From positions 1,240,001-1,304,000 of the forward strand of contig JBLDXI010000023.1 of NCBI GenBank assembly GCA_047495785.1: a stretch of 64,000 nucleotides of DNA. The letters are read 5' to 3'. Position numbers and translations under genes: made by a program. Positions within the stretch are counted from its first letter, which is position 1; each line of letters opens with the position of its first letter. Below the pieces are notes generated by a model. That model worked only from the letters and a program-made list of their open reading frames with translations. It ran no database searches and was not told where the DNA came from. Shown piece by piece: positions 35,775 to 48,500 of this stretch. Source of the stretch: Lepidodermella squamata. Its lineage: Eukaryota; Animalia; Gastrotricha.

Positions 35775-37013
35775 CACGCTTAGAATCTCGACGGTCCCGA
35801 CCGTCCAGAATTTCCTCACAGTCATGTCTGCGGTCAGGACCGCGGACAATTTTCTTTGTAAATCGGTTAACGTTGAATATTGACGAACAAAATTGCGTCC
35901 CAACGATGAGCCGACTGAATTATTAATTGCTCACCATAAACACCGGTGAGAAATGCATTTAACACGATTGCAACGTCATTAATTATAAGAACTTGGGCAA
36001 ATCTCTGCGCTTGAATTTAAAATCAATATGAAAATCATTCAAAAATCCTTTGATCAATAAATAAATCCTGGACTAAAAAGGGACGACCCATTGTTGCGAA
36101 ACATAGCGAGACAACGCAACCGCGTGGATGCATAATGCCGGTTCAGTTCGTCATTTTTAGTTCTCAAAAGGAGAAGTATTTTTGAACTTTTATTCAAATG
36201 GGCTTAATCAGCAGCCCTTATCTAAGTTATCTCTGAATTTGGCATTGCGCTGAGCTATGGGCAACGCGAAGAATTGAAGGCCACTACCAAATCGCTAATA
36301 TGACGCAGGTTAATTAAACGTCCCTTGAATTTTTCAATTTTGTTCCATGATTTCCCAAAAAATTTAGAGGGCGATCGCAAAAATGGTCCAAGATGTCCGA
36401 TTTGCAGCCAGTCAACAACGGCTATTTTCGTGCAGTGAAAATGCGCACTGGTCACAGATCATCGTCATTTGCTCGATATTAGCGAAGTCCTTCGCAGTAT
36501 GGCGAAATCCCGCGTTTGAAAAATTTCAAAAAACTGGGCTGTTGGCAAATTGCAAATAAGGGCTGAAACTTGACTCTCACTTGATAACTGTAATTATGAT
36601 TACGAATTTGCTATTCTCTTTGCTATTTTTTATCTGAAATTCTGAAATTTTTGTAACATCATGTTGACCCAACTTCTGGCTTGAACCCAGAAGACCTGAG
36701 CGTAATAAAATGAATCCGACAGTTAAATTTGATTTTGAAATCGGGGTTCGGGGCGGATTGGGGACAATAATATATAATAATTCAACGCTTAAACTAATAA
36801 TTTTCCAACGGTCCTGAGCGTGTAATAATTATAAATATTACGCGCACCTGACAATTCGGCAATTATAAATCTTAGTAGCATCAATATTATATAGAATAAT
36901 AATATTTTGCGATGAATTCATCGCGGACTAGACTTATATTAGTCAACGCAGAAAACTTTTCCCGTCGACCGGTCGAAAACGAAATGGTCGGGACCGTCGA
37001 GAACATGTGCGTG
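35775..37013. mobile_element. TIR element with CAC termini and TA flanks (possibly CMC/EnSpm-like)
   Basis: TACACGC..TCTCGACGGTCCCGACC pairs with GGTCGGGACCGTCGAGA..GCGTGTA. Confidence 0.5.
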
Positions 37014-37372
37014 TAATACAGGTCTCGGCTGAAACAGGTCTCGTAAACTGACTGCTAATTAAAAAAGCATGTTTTATGTTTTATGAGTTGACCCTGTAAT
37101 TTGAAATTCGCGGGAAAACCTTGAAACTCACGAATTTTGCCTCAAAATTCCCGTTGGAAACAATTTCTTTATCAGTAGCTTATCTCGCCAACATGCATGA
37201 GTTCAAATTCCGATTATAAGTATAATGTTATCTGGTAGAATGTAATTTTAGTATTTTATTAAGGTAAAAATAGTTGATAGTAATTTTTATTATATTCAAT
37301 TTTATTGATTTGTTATTAATATTGAAATATTTGTATAGAGCTATTCTTCAATTTTTTAGTTGAAACTTTGAC

Positions 37373-40300
37373 ATGATGGACACAGTATTGCTGCTTGGCG
37401 GAAGCGGCTTCATGGGCAGTCACGTGATCGACCACCTGCTCGCCTCGCCTCGAAAATGCCGAATAATGACCGTGACCCGTTCAACAAACTGGTCGAACCG
37501 CTGGGGCGGAGCGAAAAATCAGCAATTAATCGACCAAAAATTCACATGCGACCGCGATTCGCAGAAGCTATCGCAAAATCACGAACTAATGAATTTTGAT
37601 TTCGGTGAAAATGGCGTCAAATTAATCGTTGATTTCAGCACATTCACACCCGAGCAAATGCGGGACAGTCTTGAATTTGTGAAATTGAAATTCGGTTCTC
37701 AGGCTACTAGACCGATTTACATCTACTTAAGTTCGGATTCTATTTACGAGGTGGCGAAAAAATCGGATGTGGACGATGGCAAAAATTGGTCGATTTTGAA
37801 GGAGGAAGATGCGGTGAGGCCGGGTGATGAAACCGAGCGAGACGAACTGGCCGAGGCGGATCCGTACGGCGAGGCGAAATTTGCGGCCGAGGAGATTCTA
37901 GTCGCGGAGCACGGCGATATTCCATTCGTTGCCCTGCGATTGCCTGATGTCATCGGACCACGCGATCAGCTTGGAAACAGGTAATAAATTGTAAAAAAAA
38001 AATCGAAATAAAAAATTAAATTAAATTAAATTAAAATGAGAAATTTGAAAAATAAAACTATACTGTTAATTAAATTTAAATAAATTAGATTTCGCAATTT
38101 TTATTCAGAATAAAATGTGTGAAAAATGAGAATTCGAAATGGCTAGCGAGAAAGTTTTAAATAAAATTTTTTAACCGCTGTTGAACTTGCGCGACTTCAA
38201 GGGAAAAATTGCTGAATTTACAGATTTTAAGCTGATGTAAAGCGTGTCCTAGAAGTTGCGTTTTTTAATTTTATAAGAAATTCAAAATTCAACTAATTTT
38301 TTTAGATTGAACCTACTGAGAGAAAATTCCAACTATTATTCGTGATTTAACCGAAAAAATAACCGAGTTTCCAGCATCAGACGGGTTGGCTCGACCTTCA
38401 ACCTAGAAAAATTTAGTAACAGGCTTCAAAGCAAAAGCTTCAAAGCACCATGACCTCAAAGCAAAATTAAAAAATGGCTTCAAAGTAAAATAATAGCATT
38501 AATTCCAAAACATGGTGATCATTGCTTAATACTTTATTTTACTTTTTTTATGGGAGTGCTTTGAAGCCATTTGGTCTGAAGTGTGCACCATTTGTTGCTC
38601 TCTGCTTTATTTGAAGCCTGCTACTCTGTGGGGGACCCTAGAAAATAGATGAAGACCTCAGCAGATGAAGAAATTATGTGGAGAAGTTAGCGATAGCTGA
38701 GGCGATACAAGGATCGCTTGATATTCTCGTAGTTCCGAATCTTCGTCGTCAAAGACTGTCGACTCAGAACTCAGATCAACACTTTCACCGAAATTCAGAG
38801 TCGCAGAAAAAACCGATTAGTAAATATCCGGAACACTTGGCCCAGTTTTAGCTTCGACGCGCTCTCGCATCTTGGATATAGCGATTGCCGATTCAACTTG
38901 GTGGTAATCGGGTGCGTGATTACTTATTCGTGGTTATTCGTATTCAACAAAACAGTCTTAACAGGGATAATGTTGCCTCTCTTCAACCCAATAGTAGCAG
39001 TAACCTTTGGCTACGATCGCCTTGTTGTTTCTCGTGGTGTTGTAATATCGGTCGGTTAATCGCTAGCGGGTTTGGCACAGCCTGTCTTGGCGGAGCATGA
39101 GCAGTTGGAACCAGAGTGGGTGCCGAGGGATTCATTGATGGAAGTGGTACCGCTTGTTGTTGGAATTGCCGCCATTGCTGCCATTGTTGAAACTTGAGAA
39201 CGTTTGGGTCGACAAAGCCCTGAACACCGGCGCCAGACACCGGATTGTACAATATGAAGCTACGAAGGTGCGTAAGAGGAACAGGAAATGGGGAAACAAG
39301 GAGTTTATCATGAACAGATAAGTTATCATGAACAGGGTTGAAACACAGACAACAGGCTTTTGCTGGAACTTGTAACATGAAAGGCAGATTCTCCATAAAT
39401 CTATCGCATTCATCTGTTGAATAATGCCGGTATAAACTGGTTGGAGTGTAAACCGAATCCCCTGGTCGAACCTCAAATCTCGATAGCTCCATCTACATGA
39501 ATGCGCGTCGATTATGCCAACCGGAAGTCACTGGGTTCTTCGATTTCGTAATTTAACAGGCATAGTACCGTCGGTTTTTTTAAAGCAAAAATCTCGGCCT
39601 CGGCAGTCAGACTGAAAAGTAGCTTGTTGGTTGAATTTGGCTACTCAGGAAAAATTTCCAGCCTGCGTTTGATCTTATTGATTTTTGCAGTTGCCTGAAC
39701 TTTGGTAGACATCAAGGCCTTGATTTGAGCCTCATCGTGGTCAATGTTGTTGTGAACTTCTATGAATTGATTGCCAGTCCGGATCAGCAGTTGAGAGATA
39801 CCTATAGCTCTGTGACGATATATCGCCATATTGACCTATTATTCGAAAATTGCACGGCTGGTGAGGCGTTTCGGTATGTACACCGGGGTGGCGAAATCGG
39901 TTGGCGAATTAAAGGATTGAATAGCCAGGTTTTGGTAATTGTGATATTTATCTTTGACTTGCAGGCGCGATAATCGCTGTATCAGCGTGAAACGGAACCC
40001 CTGCCAGGTTTCTGTGGGAACAACTCCATCAACTGGGTTAGCATTGCAGTTTCTGAGAGCGGAGCATCGAAGTAATTTCAGCGACGAAGCCAGCTTGGGG
40101 GACCTTTCCAAGGTCCAGTAGACTTTGCGTTGACGATAAGAGCAGTTTCCCCAAGCTTGAACCCATTCTTGAAGTAGATTGTGCCGAATGAATAATCTTG
40201 AGGTATGATATCTGTGTAGGTTTCACTTCGGTTTCCTGATCGGATCAAATCAGTTTGCCTTCAACGTTCATTTAATGAAATGTGGGAAAAGGCCTTTACA

Positions 40301-41197
40301 ATTTCACTGGAGCTACAAGAAAGGGCGTAGTGTCCCATGAACCTTGAAAATTGGTAGTTGGAAAATGGCTGCTTTGTTAGCCTGAGGAACCGTTTAGATA
40401 TAAGTGTTTGAAAATTAAAAAGTGCATTGAATTTTTTCGAAATTTCTAACTTCAGAATAATTCATATTTATTCTGGTGATCAAATTTTTTTCAAGTCGGG
40501 TCAGTTATGATAATGACGAAGTATTTACAAATTTTGATCATAAACATCAAAATTGTTTGATGTTCTTTCTCTAATTTGTTTTAGCCCGATTTACGGCCAG
40601 TCCTCGCATGAACAACGCTGGTGGATATGCCAGATATGGGCAAAAATGTCGCCACCAGGTTCGAAAAACCCGAATATCGCCCCGGTCCACGTTCCGAGCT
40701 GGCTCATGCAACGGCCACTCAGTTTTGTCTACGCAGCTGATGTCGCGAGGCTGGTGACCCTGATCTACGAAGAAAGCCAGTCAACCGTGAAATTGCTCAA
40801 CCAAGTCTTGAATTTCGCATTCCCGACACCTGTTACCCTGCCGGAATTATTCAACAAAATTCTGATTGCGATCGGTAAAAACCCGGTACCGGTTTCGGAA
40901 TTTTCGGTACAATCGGAATTTTTTGACGAAAAATACCCGAATTTGAACCCGTATTTCGCGTATCCTTCCGTTACACGCGGGCCGATTGACGTGGCGAAAT
41001 TTCAGGATTGTTTTCCCGATTTCGAATTTGCGAACTTCGACAGGGCGGTTCAGGAAACGGCGGAATTTTTCGAAACGGCCGCAACCAATCAAGCGGAACG
41101 GGATCGATACGCCGCGACTCTGAAATACATCCTAGAGTTATTTAAAGAGCGTAACATGATTAATGATGATTCCGCTTTTTTAGCTGAAAGGATTTGA
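37373..41197 (+). CDS. NAD(P)-dependent epimerase/dehydratase (extended/atypical SDR), about 406 aa
   Basis: Exons 37373-37980 and 40585-41197 (phase 2 verified). Motifs GGSGFMG (Rossmann), YIYLSSDSIYE, YGEAK and LRLPDVIGPRD. Confidence 0.85.
38415..38625. mobile_element. Short MITE
   Basis: Inverted ends AGTAACAGGCTTCAAA / TTTGAAGCCTGCTACT with internal CTTCAAAG repeats. Confidence 0.5.
38983..40226 (-). mobile_element. Degenerate coding remnant in the SDR intron, possibly BEL/Pao gag-like
   Basis: Broken minus-strand ORFs. HYSTDECDRF...CCLCFNPVH is knuckle-like and MNPSAPTLVP is PAM2-like. No reverse transcriptase or LTRs seen. Confidence 0.3.
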
Positions 41198-41327
41198 AAA
41201 TAAAATGAAAAATAACTAATTACTATGGCTTATGTGCGACCTATGTATGGTAAATTAAAATTCATATAATAATTTTATGAATATTTATCCCAATTATTAA
41301 TATTTAAGAAAAGGGAGAATTGGTTTG

Positions 41328-41452
41328 CATCACCAAAACGACTATTTAGATCATCAAAAAGACCATTTAGATCACCAAATGAAAACTGTCAAAAACAAAA
41401 ACCATCACCAAAACGACCATTTAGATCACCTAAACCAAGTTTAAATCACCAA
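41328..41452 (+). repeat. Degenerate tandem repeat with a unit of about 20 bp
   Basis: Recurring ATCACCAAAA(C)GACCATTTAG units. Confidence 0.6.
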
Positions 41453-41803
41453 AAGGCAGTTTGCGACACCAAACGTAAAAATGGCTCATTTTGCTCATTT
41501 TACTTACAGGGCACGCTTTATCTGGCGAAAACTAAAGCAGATACATGAAAGTACTTTATATCATCAGACTCACCTCATTGATAGCAATCGTTTGATATTA
41601 AATTCGAGGCAATATTCGAATGGCAAAACCTCTGGCCATATTATATGCACATATTTTATTCGTTGCATCAGGAATGTGATCAAACCTTAACCCTCGTAAG
41701 ACTTATTGTTAGCAGTCACGTGATTAATCAAGCCAGATTTTCTTATTGTAGTGCAAATACCGGGGTGACTTTCGCGTTTGGGGCCCAATATGCCATGCAA
41801 AAT

Positions 41804-42120
41804 GGAGTGATTTTGGCATGGCAAATCTCGAAGGTAGCCGGGCTAGTAAACTTTGATTGGGGCACCGCTGGATAGCTGACATAGAATGCAGCCCGAATAT
41901 GACAGTGTTTATTCATTTCGACCCCTTTTTCTCAACTGCGAGTCATCGAAGTTTCGTTAAAAATAGAAATTACCCAAAAGCATGGCAAACGTCTAGTATA
42001 GACATCAATGCTTGCCTTTTCCTGGGCTATCCAATATGAAACGGTACCCCTCTCAACAAAGGCATGAACAAAGGGTATTAGCCCGATTACCTTCGAGATT
42101 TACCATGCCAAAGTCAACCC
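41804..42120. mobile_element. MITE with imperfect TIRs of about 50 bp
   Basis: TGATTTTGGCATGGCAAATCTCGAAGGTAGCCGGGCTA pairs with TAGCCCGATTACCTTCGAGATTTACCATGCCAAAGTCA. Confidence 0.65.
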
Positions 42121-42171
42121 AGTTGAAAGTAATTTAAAAAGTTTTCAAGCTTTATGTTATAGCCAGTTAGC

Positions 42172-43052
42172 TCAGAATCCGCAGGTATCGACGTTGAAGC
42201 CGGTAGCGATGTTGCCGTTTAACGAGAAGCTTGAAGGAGGTCCCATACCGGCAGCGGGAATGCTGGCACAGCAAGACGGGAAATAGCTGAAAGCTGTTGT
42301 GGGCCATGTTGGCTGGAGTTTCAAATTGTATAGAAAATTACAGTATATTAAAAGACAAATAATTCTAAACGTACACTGCCACCTCCAGCAGGGGCCTGTT
42401 TCGTCTGGCCTGACGTTAGACAAGAATTCGGAAATCGCACGCAGCGACCGCCTGATCCAGCAGAAGGAGTACACACCTTGTAGGGATTGGCGTCAGTCGC
42501 AGCCATGCAGTACCACAGCGGAACTGTCGCCTGTACGTACATATCGTAGAATATGTTAGAGGCTCCGAGGGCATCACAGCAGGCCTTGAATGAGTTGAAC
42601 GTTGTCGCCGGAACACCGGTCGCAGTCTTCAATAAACAGCCGATGTCTAATCGCACGTTTCAAAAGATGTGTCAGCCTTACCATAGCTGTTGGCGTTGTC
42701 GAGCATGCCGTAGCAGCGACAGAAGTGCAAAATTTGATCGTTTTGGCAACATCGGTGCCTGTGCCGGCCGTGGTTAACTGGCACATGGTGAATTGGTTCT
42801 AAAGGTGACGAAAAATTGGTAGAGCAGTAGTTACTCGTATGTTATCAAGCAATTTACGTTATCGGCGCAAGATTGAGTTGCGGTGCACGCAGTTGCGGCG
42901 CACGTTGTTCCGGTAGCGCAGGTTGCTCCACAAGTCGGGCAGGATGGGCAGGCTGACGAGGCTGGGCATGGTGTCGTGGTGCTGGTGGTTGACGTGGGAG
43001 GGCAAGCGTAGCATCCAGCAAGCAAAGCAGCAACAAAGAAGACAGCCTTCAT
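42172..43052 (-). CDS. Secreted Cys/Thr/Ala-rich protein, about 234 aa, 4 exons
   Basis: Exons 43052-42858, 42798-42682, 42626-42375 and 42312-42172, joined in frame by 59-, 55- and 62-nt GT-AG introns. Signal peptide MKAVFFVAALLAGCYA. Confidence 0.75.
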
Positions 43053-44597
43053 GTCGAGTTCAGAAAAATTATGAAAGAAAAAATATATCAAGAGAAGAAA
43101 GTGTAGCTGTTATTACTTGAGAAAATAAACAAATGAGACCGCGGGGCCAACTCGTAAGTTGTTACTTCTCATCCACCGCCCTGCTTATGCTGTTCTCATA
43201 TCATCGTTAAATTTTAATTGCTTTTACCGCTCGCGCTTACAGCCAATATATTTTCATTCGACACGCAGGCGATATCATAGCTTCACATCACCGCCTAATG
43301 ACTGCGTAGGCCCTTTCGTGCTCATAAGCGTCTCATGCGAGCGGAGGGTTTTTTTCACGATTTTGTTGACCTGTTCAGTTATGGAATAAAACATCATAAT
43401 CACTACGAAAAAAGTGAACATTTTATTGCGCAAAAATGAAAAATTAGCTTTTTAGTTGCTATGTAGCTAAATAAGGATGATAAACACTTTGGCGACGGTT
43501 GTATCAGCAGGAGCAGTTTGTTGGCTTTTGAGCTATTAAACCATATTTTTTTCCTAGTGATCATCGCTGTGCGATGGATGTAGATTCAATCCGTGAATGA
43601 AACGTGTATTTATGTAAGATGCCGAGAATCCAATATTGCTTTATTCTCCTCTGTTGCATTCAGCAGCCCTTCAGCATATTCATTCGACAGTCATTCAATA
43701 GCTCATCTTGCCGAGCCCAGGTGTGCAAGAAATCTCGAACACTAATCATGTGGAACTACGATGAAACACATTCCCCTGTGATTGAGGCCAAAAATACTGT
43801 GCAATAAACGGGGTTCTTTAACGCTCAGATATGAAAATTAAGGTGGATTAGACTCAAATCAATTTCGGCTGGCCGCGGGACCTTGTTTCTTCCAGGCAAT
43901 CATGCAAGAAAGCCATATACCTGAAAACACGCCTTTTTGGCCAATCCTGAGGAGAAAAGCGAAAGGAAGCAGCTCGCAAGATTGACTGGAAGAGGCGTGG
44001 TTCCGATGGAAAAATCACAGAATAAAATACTTTTCTCGTGTCGCGTTTTTCTAAGTTCAATTTTAGGATGCCTTTTCAAGAGCATTGTCAGTTTGATCTC
44101 GCTGATTTACGACACATCTGCACTCCTTCCACAGGTTTTGCCAGGTTCTGCTTTTTTGCCAGGCAGATATTCGTCGTATCATGACTGTTTCCATTCTCTT
44201 ATTTTTCTATTTCTACATAATTAAGAGCGAGCTTTTTTCTCAGTCAAGGTATGACGACTGTGCATCGCGGCGAATCCACACTTTGTAGTAAGAACTTGGG
44301 TGTGTAAAGACAGCAGTGGCTGTAGCTGCGGCATATACAGCGGCAGATCTGACTGCTCACTCCGCTTTCGTGTGGTGACGACGGGTGTAATAGCCGCATC
44401 CATTTCATTGCCTGCACTATACAACAGGCCGCCGGCAAATTACGTATGTTGTTTACAATTAAGTGTGAATTTCAACACGCTTGCCAACAGTTGAGCGTTC
44501 TAATTTTCTTGGTTTTCCAAGAACTGTTTTTTTTACTTGAGGCTTATCTGAATTTTTCATTCTTATTTGCCCATGGTATAGTCAACCAATTCTCAAC

Positions 44598-45120
44598 CAG
44601 TCCTTGCATCAGCAGCTATGGTGGATTTGCCAGATATGCAGAAAACGTTCACGCTCCGAGCTGGCTCATGCAAAGACCCGTCAGTTTCGTCTACGCTGCT
44701 GATGTCGCGAGGCTGGTGACCCGGGTCTTCGAGGAAAATCAGCCAAGCGTGAAATTGTTCAACCAAGTCTTCAACTTCGCATTCCCGACACCCGTTACCC
44801 TCCCGGAATTCTTTAACAAAATTATTTAGCAATTGGTAAAAATCCGGTTTCGGAATTTTCGGTACAATCGGAATTTTTCGACGGAAAATACCCGAATTTG
44901 AACCCGTATTTCCCTACATTTCCGCGGGCCGATCGATCTTGCGAAAATTCAGGATTCATGTCCCTAATTTGAATCACGAATTTTGACAAGGCGCTTCCCG
45001 TGGATTTTATCGAAATGGCCGCAACCAGTCAAGCGGAACGAGATCGATACGCCGCGACGCTGAAATATGTCCTTGAGTTATTTTAAGAGCTTAACATGAC
45101 TAATGAGGATTCCGCTATTT
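44598..45120 (+). pseudogene. Degraded duplicate of SDR exon 2
   Basis: Collinear with about 40598-41180 (WLMQRPVSFVYAADVARLVT...FAFPTPVTLPEFFNK), with deletions, a stop and frameshifts. Confidence 0.9.
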
Positions 45121-45566
45121 GATCCGCTATATGAGTTAAAAATAAAATGAGAAGTAATTAATTAAATCCGTGACTTCCGAAGTTATAATGAAAAGGTCAA
45201 ATCGACTTATTTCTCTTTGGAACATATTTTTTTGTCTCAACTCGAGCGTAAAAAAAGTGTTTTCGGTCATTTTGCGGGCGGAGAACAAACGAGCGGATAT
45301 GAGTGATTTCAACGGAAAAAACACGCAGTAAAACACGTTGGCGGTTGAGAGGACGTGGACATTTTTTAAGCTTCCTGCCACTAATTTCCCGAATAAATTT
45401 GATTTTAATTGATTCCTAATGCATCATTTCATAGTCTGCTCTCTCACGAACTCAGTTATTTTGTTACTTATTCTAAAGGACTTGCTTTATTGTCCCAGAA
45501 CAGTCAAGTTTCTGGGAAATTTTTTATTGAAGTCTTCATGTCTTATGCCGATTTTTCATAATTTAG

Positions 45567-46116
45567 ATGAATAATTTTAATATGCTTGGTTTCGCGATGT
45601 TATTTATATCGATAACGTTGAACCTGATTTGTGCCACGGATTCATTCAGCTTCGTAAGAAGTGAGCTATTTATCAATATTTTCGAGATAAAATAATGAAA
45701 AATGAGACATTTCCATTTAAATTCTACCGTTTTCATGAATATTCTGAATATTGATCTAAATATTATTTTTGAATTCTTACCACCAAAATTCGCATTTTTG
45801 AATTCGCGGAGAAAATCAGAAAAATTTCATTTCAATTTTCAAATTTATTAAATTTTTTCGGAATTTTTTAGGAAGCAATAGCGCGGCAGCCATAGCAGAA
45901 AACATGGTCTCGCAAATGCTGTCCAGACGCCGAAATGAAACAATGAATAATCCGGCATCGACACCGAAACCGCGGTCGAAAATGTCCCAAAAGCTGGGTG
46001 TCTACATACGATCACGACTGCCCATGAGTCCTATTGAGAATAGCTACGACCTGACCCAGCGAAAAATGCACCTGTCGCAGCAATTGCGAGAACATTTCAA
46101 TAGAAATCAACAATGA
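45567..46116 (+). CDS. Putative secreted peptide/prohormone precursor, about 112 aa
   Basis: Exon 45567-45660 (hydrophobic signal MLGFAMLFISITLNLICA) splices in phase 1 to 45872-46116. Basic sites RR, RRR and RK. Confidence 0.55.
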
Positions 46117-46755
46117 GATTCGCCGAATTTATTTCGATTTTTTTTATTTTGAAAAAAATAAATCAAGGTAGGAAAAAGCTACCGGTTATTTTTACGAATT
46201 ATTCACCGTCCAACAGAATTATGAATTATTCATGATATAATATGGCAGCCTTTGAACCAGAAAAAATTAACTTAACAATCAATTTTTTCCGATATTGCTC
46301 TCGTGGGCCGGTAAAATCGAAGAGCGTTTTCACCCACACATTTTATGATCGCAAAAAATGCGCGTATAATTAATATGATCCTGACCCTCGCTGCAGCTAT
46401 ATGCATGTTTTTTTCGAATTTATTTTGCATTAAGTGCGGTTTATTTGCTATTTTTTTTTTTCTAACATGTAGTGCGCAGTTAATCGATCGCGAACTACGT
46501 CAAGCGGAAAGCGGTGAATCAACAATAAAACATGGTGACCTCTTATTTTTGAAATACTACCTTCAGATAACCTTTGCGTATTGATAACGCTCAAGTGACC
46601 CTTGACGATGTTATCTTTGGCCAGCGAGGACATGATGATATCATAATCACCTGTATTTCTTATCTTTAGACGGCATTTCTTCTTTCTTTCATAGCATAAA
46701 CAACAGCATAGTAATACACATATTATGAAATAGCGAAATCCAAAATATTCCAACG

Positions 46756-48035
46756 ATGGCAGCTACTATGTAAGGTTTCAACAATTCAACTTTAGCCGTA
46801 TCTTTTTCATTTTTTCTCAGATTTGAGACTCAAGGAGTCCCACACTGCCCTAGTAAATTTCTCGATCCAATATCAAACTACCCGAAATTATTACAAGGCG
46901 TACGCTTAGTTGGGAATTTTCCTAATGAAGGTAGCCTAGCGACCCAACATTTTTTGAAATAAATATTCTCGATTTTTTTCCAGGCATTATAGTGGTAGCA
47001 GGCGGCCCAGGAGCTGGTAAAACTGCTACAATATCCCATTTACTGACCTCGGAAATTTTTCACGATTTTTTCCTATCAAAATGCAATCTAAAATCCGTTG
47101 CCTGGTTCAACTGTTCGGACTGGAACGCTGAGAAACAACATCGTATGAATTCAGCAATCAGCCAAGAAAAATCAAGGCTCATCGTCCTTGACGATGTTTA
47201 CAACGTTGAGATTGTCGAAAATTTGCGAGAAAATCACCCAGATATACCATGTTGTGTTATCACCCGAGATCCGGTGCCATTGCTGCGGAGAAGTCGCGAA
47301 TCTGACTGGAAAATTATCCGCGATATCGGAGTTTACTGGCTGAAAGAATTCTCTGACGACGATATTTCCCAATATCTCGAGCCAGAATTAGGTCCTATGT
47401 TCGCCAAAAGCTGCTGCGGGTCTATTATGGCAGCTAATGCCATCAAGGAGTACTTTAAAAACTTATCATCGCTCGGCTGCGACCTTCGAATCGTCGATTT
47501 ACCCGTCCCTAGAGCTTATTCGAAAGCTGGCACTATTTCAGAGCTTTACCAGGGTAGTTTCGGTAGCCTGGAAGATGATCAGGTCCGAAGCCAGTGGTAC
47601 ACCTTCCTCCTATTCCAACCTGGCGATTGGGTCCCCTTTGTTGATTTGGCGATTTTGTGGCGGTTAGAAAATCAACGTAAAACAGTGGAGGCTATCTGTC
47701 TCCAATTCGAACAAAGGTCCCTGATCAGGCGGACGAAGGCGATGAATTCGTTTGTAGTCAACGATTTACTATACGAAGCTGGTTTGGATTCAGCTGTCAA
47801 ATACTATAGCTGCCTGGTGCGAGCTGATCATTTTGACCGCTTATCTGGCTTCGAGGCTATTCTGATGATGAAATTGGGCTTATTGACCGAAGATAAGCTG
47901 GCGAAGGTTCCACTGTGGGAGGTAAAAGCTATACTGCACGAGGCTTTGAACCTGAAAAGGGACAAATTGGTGCAGAAACTATTCAAACTTGTTCCCGAAC
48001 TGAAGGATGTCTATTCTAGCAATCCGGAAGTTTGA
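46756..48035 (+). CDS. Stand-alone NB-ARC (Apaf-1/CED-4-like STAND) ATPase, about 391 aa
   Basis: Exons 46756-46769, 46821-46930 and 46984-48035 (51- and 53-nt introns). GVPHCP, Walker A GGPGAGKT, Walker B LIVLDDV, sensor ITRD, GxP-like CGSIMA, winged-helix LAILW and MHD-like VND. Confidence 0.8.
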
Positions 48036-48500
48036 ACCTAGGATGCATAATGAAAATAAAATAAAACAAAATCATTCGAGATTTACGGCCTGCTGTGCGT
48101 TATAGCTGAATGGGTTGAATGATGTCTTCATAGAAGGCCACTTTCACTTTATATTTGTCGAGTTATCCCGAGGTAAGGATTGGTTAATCTTGTCCTCCTT
48201 ACTGTCATCAGGTCATTTTTTACATCAGAGAAAGTCTGAAGAGCGAAGATGTGGAGACAGAAGGCAGAAAGTATTTATGAACAGAAATATGAAGGGACGC
48301 GTATTCTCGCCCTCGATTCAAAGGATTGGTTGTGTGCCGTTTTTCTCGAACTTTACTGCTTCGGTGCAGTTTCTTTCTTGGGTCACTGTCACTTTTTTCA
48401 AGGCCAATCACGAGCAAAACCTGAGCGCTTCGTTGCACACTAGGCAACACACTTTCACTCTCTAAATCTTTGAGCATTCTCATCAGAGAAATTACTTGAA

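Noticed and set aside
43600-44450. Short overlapping ORFs, possibly a decayed transposon gene
   Set aside because: No recognisable motif in any frame.
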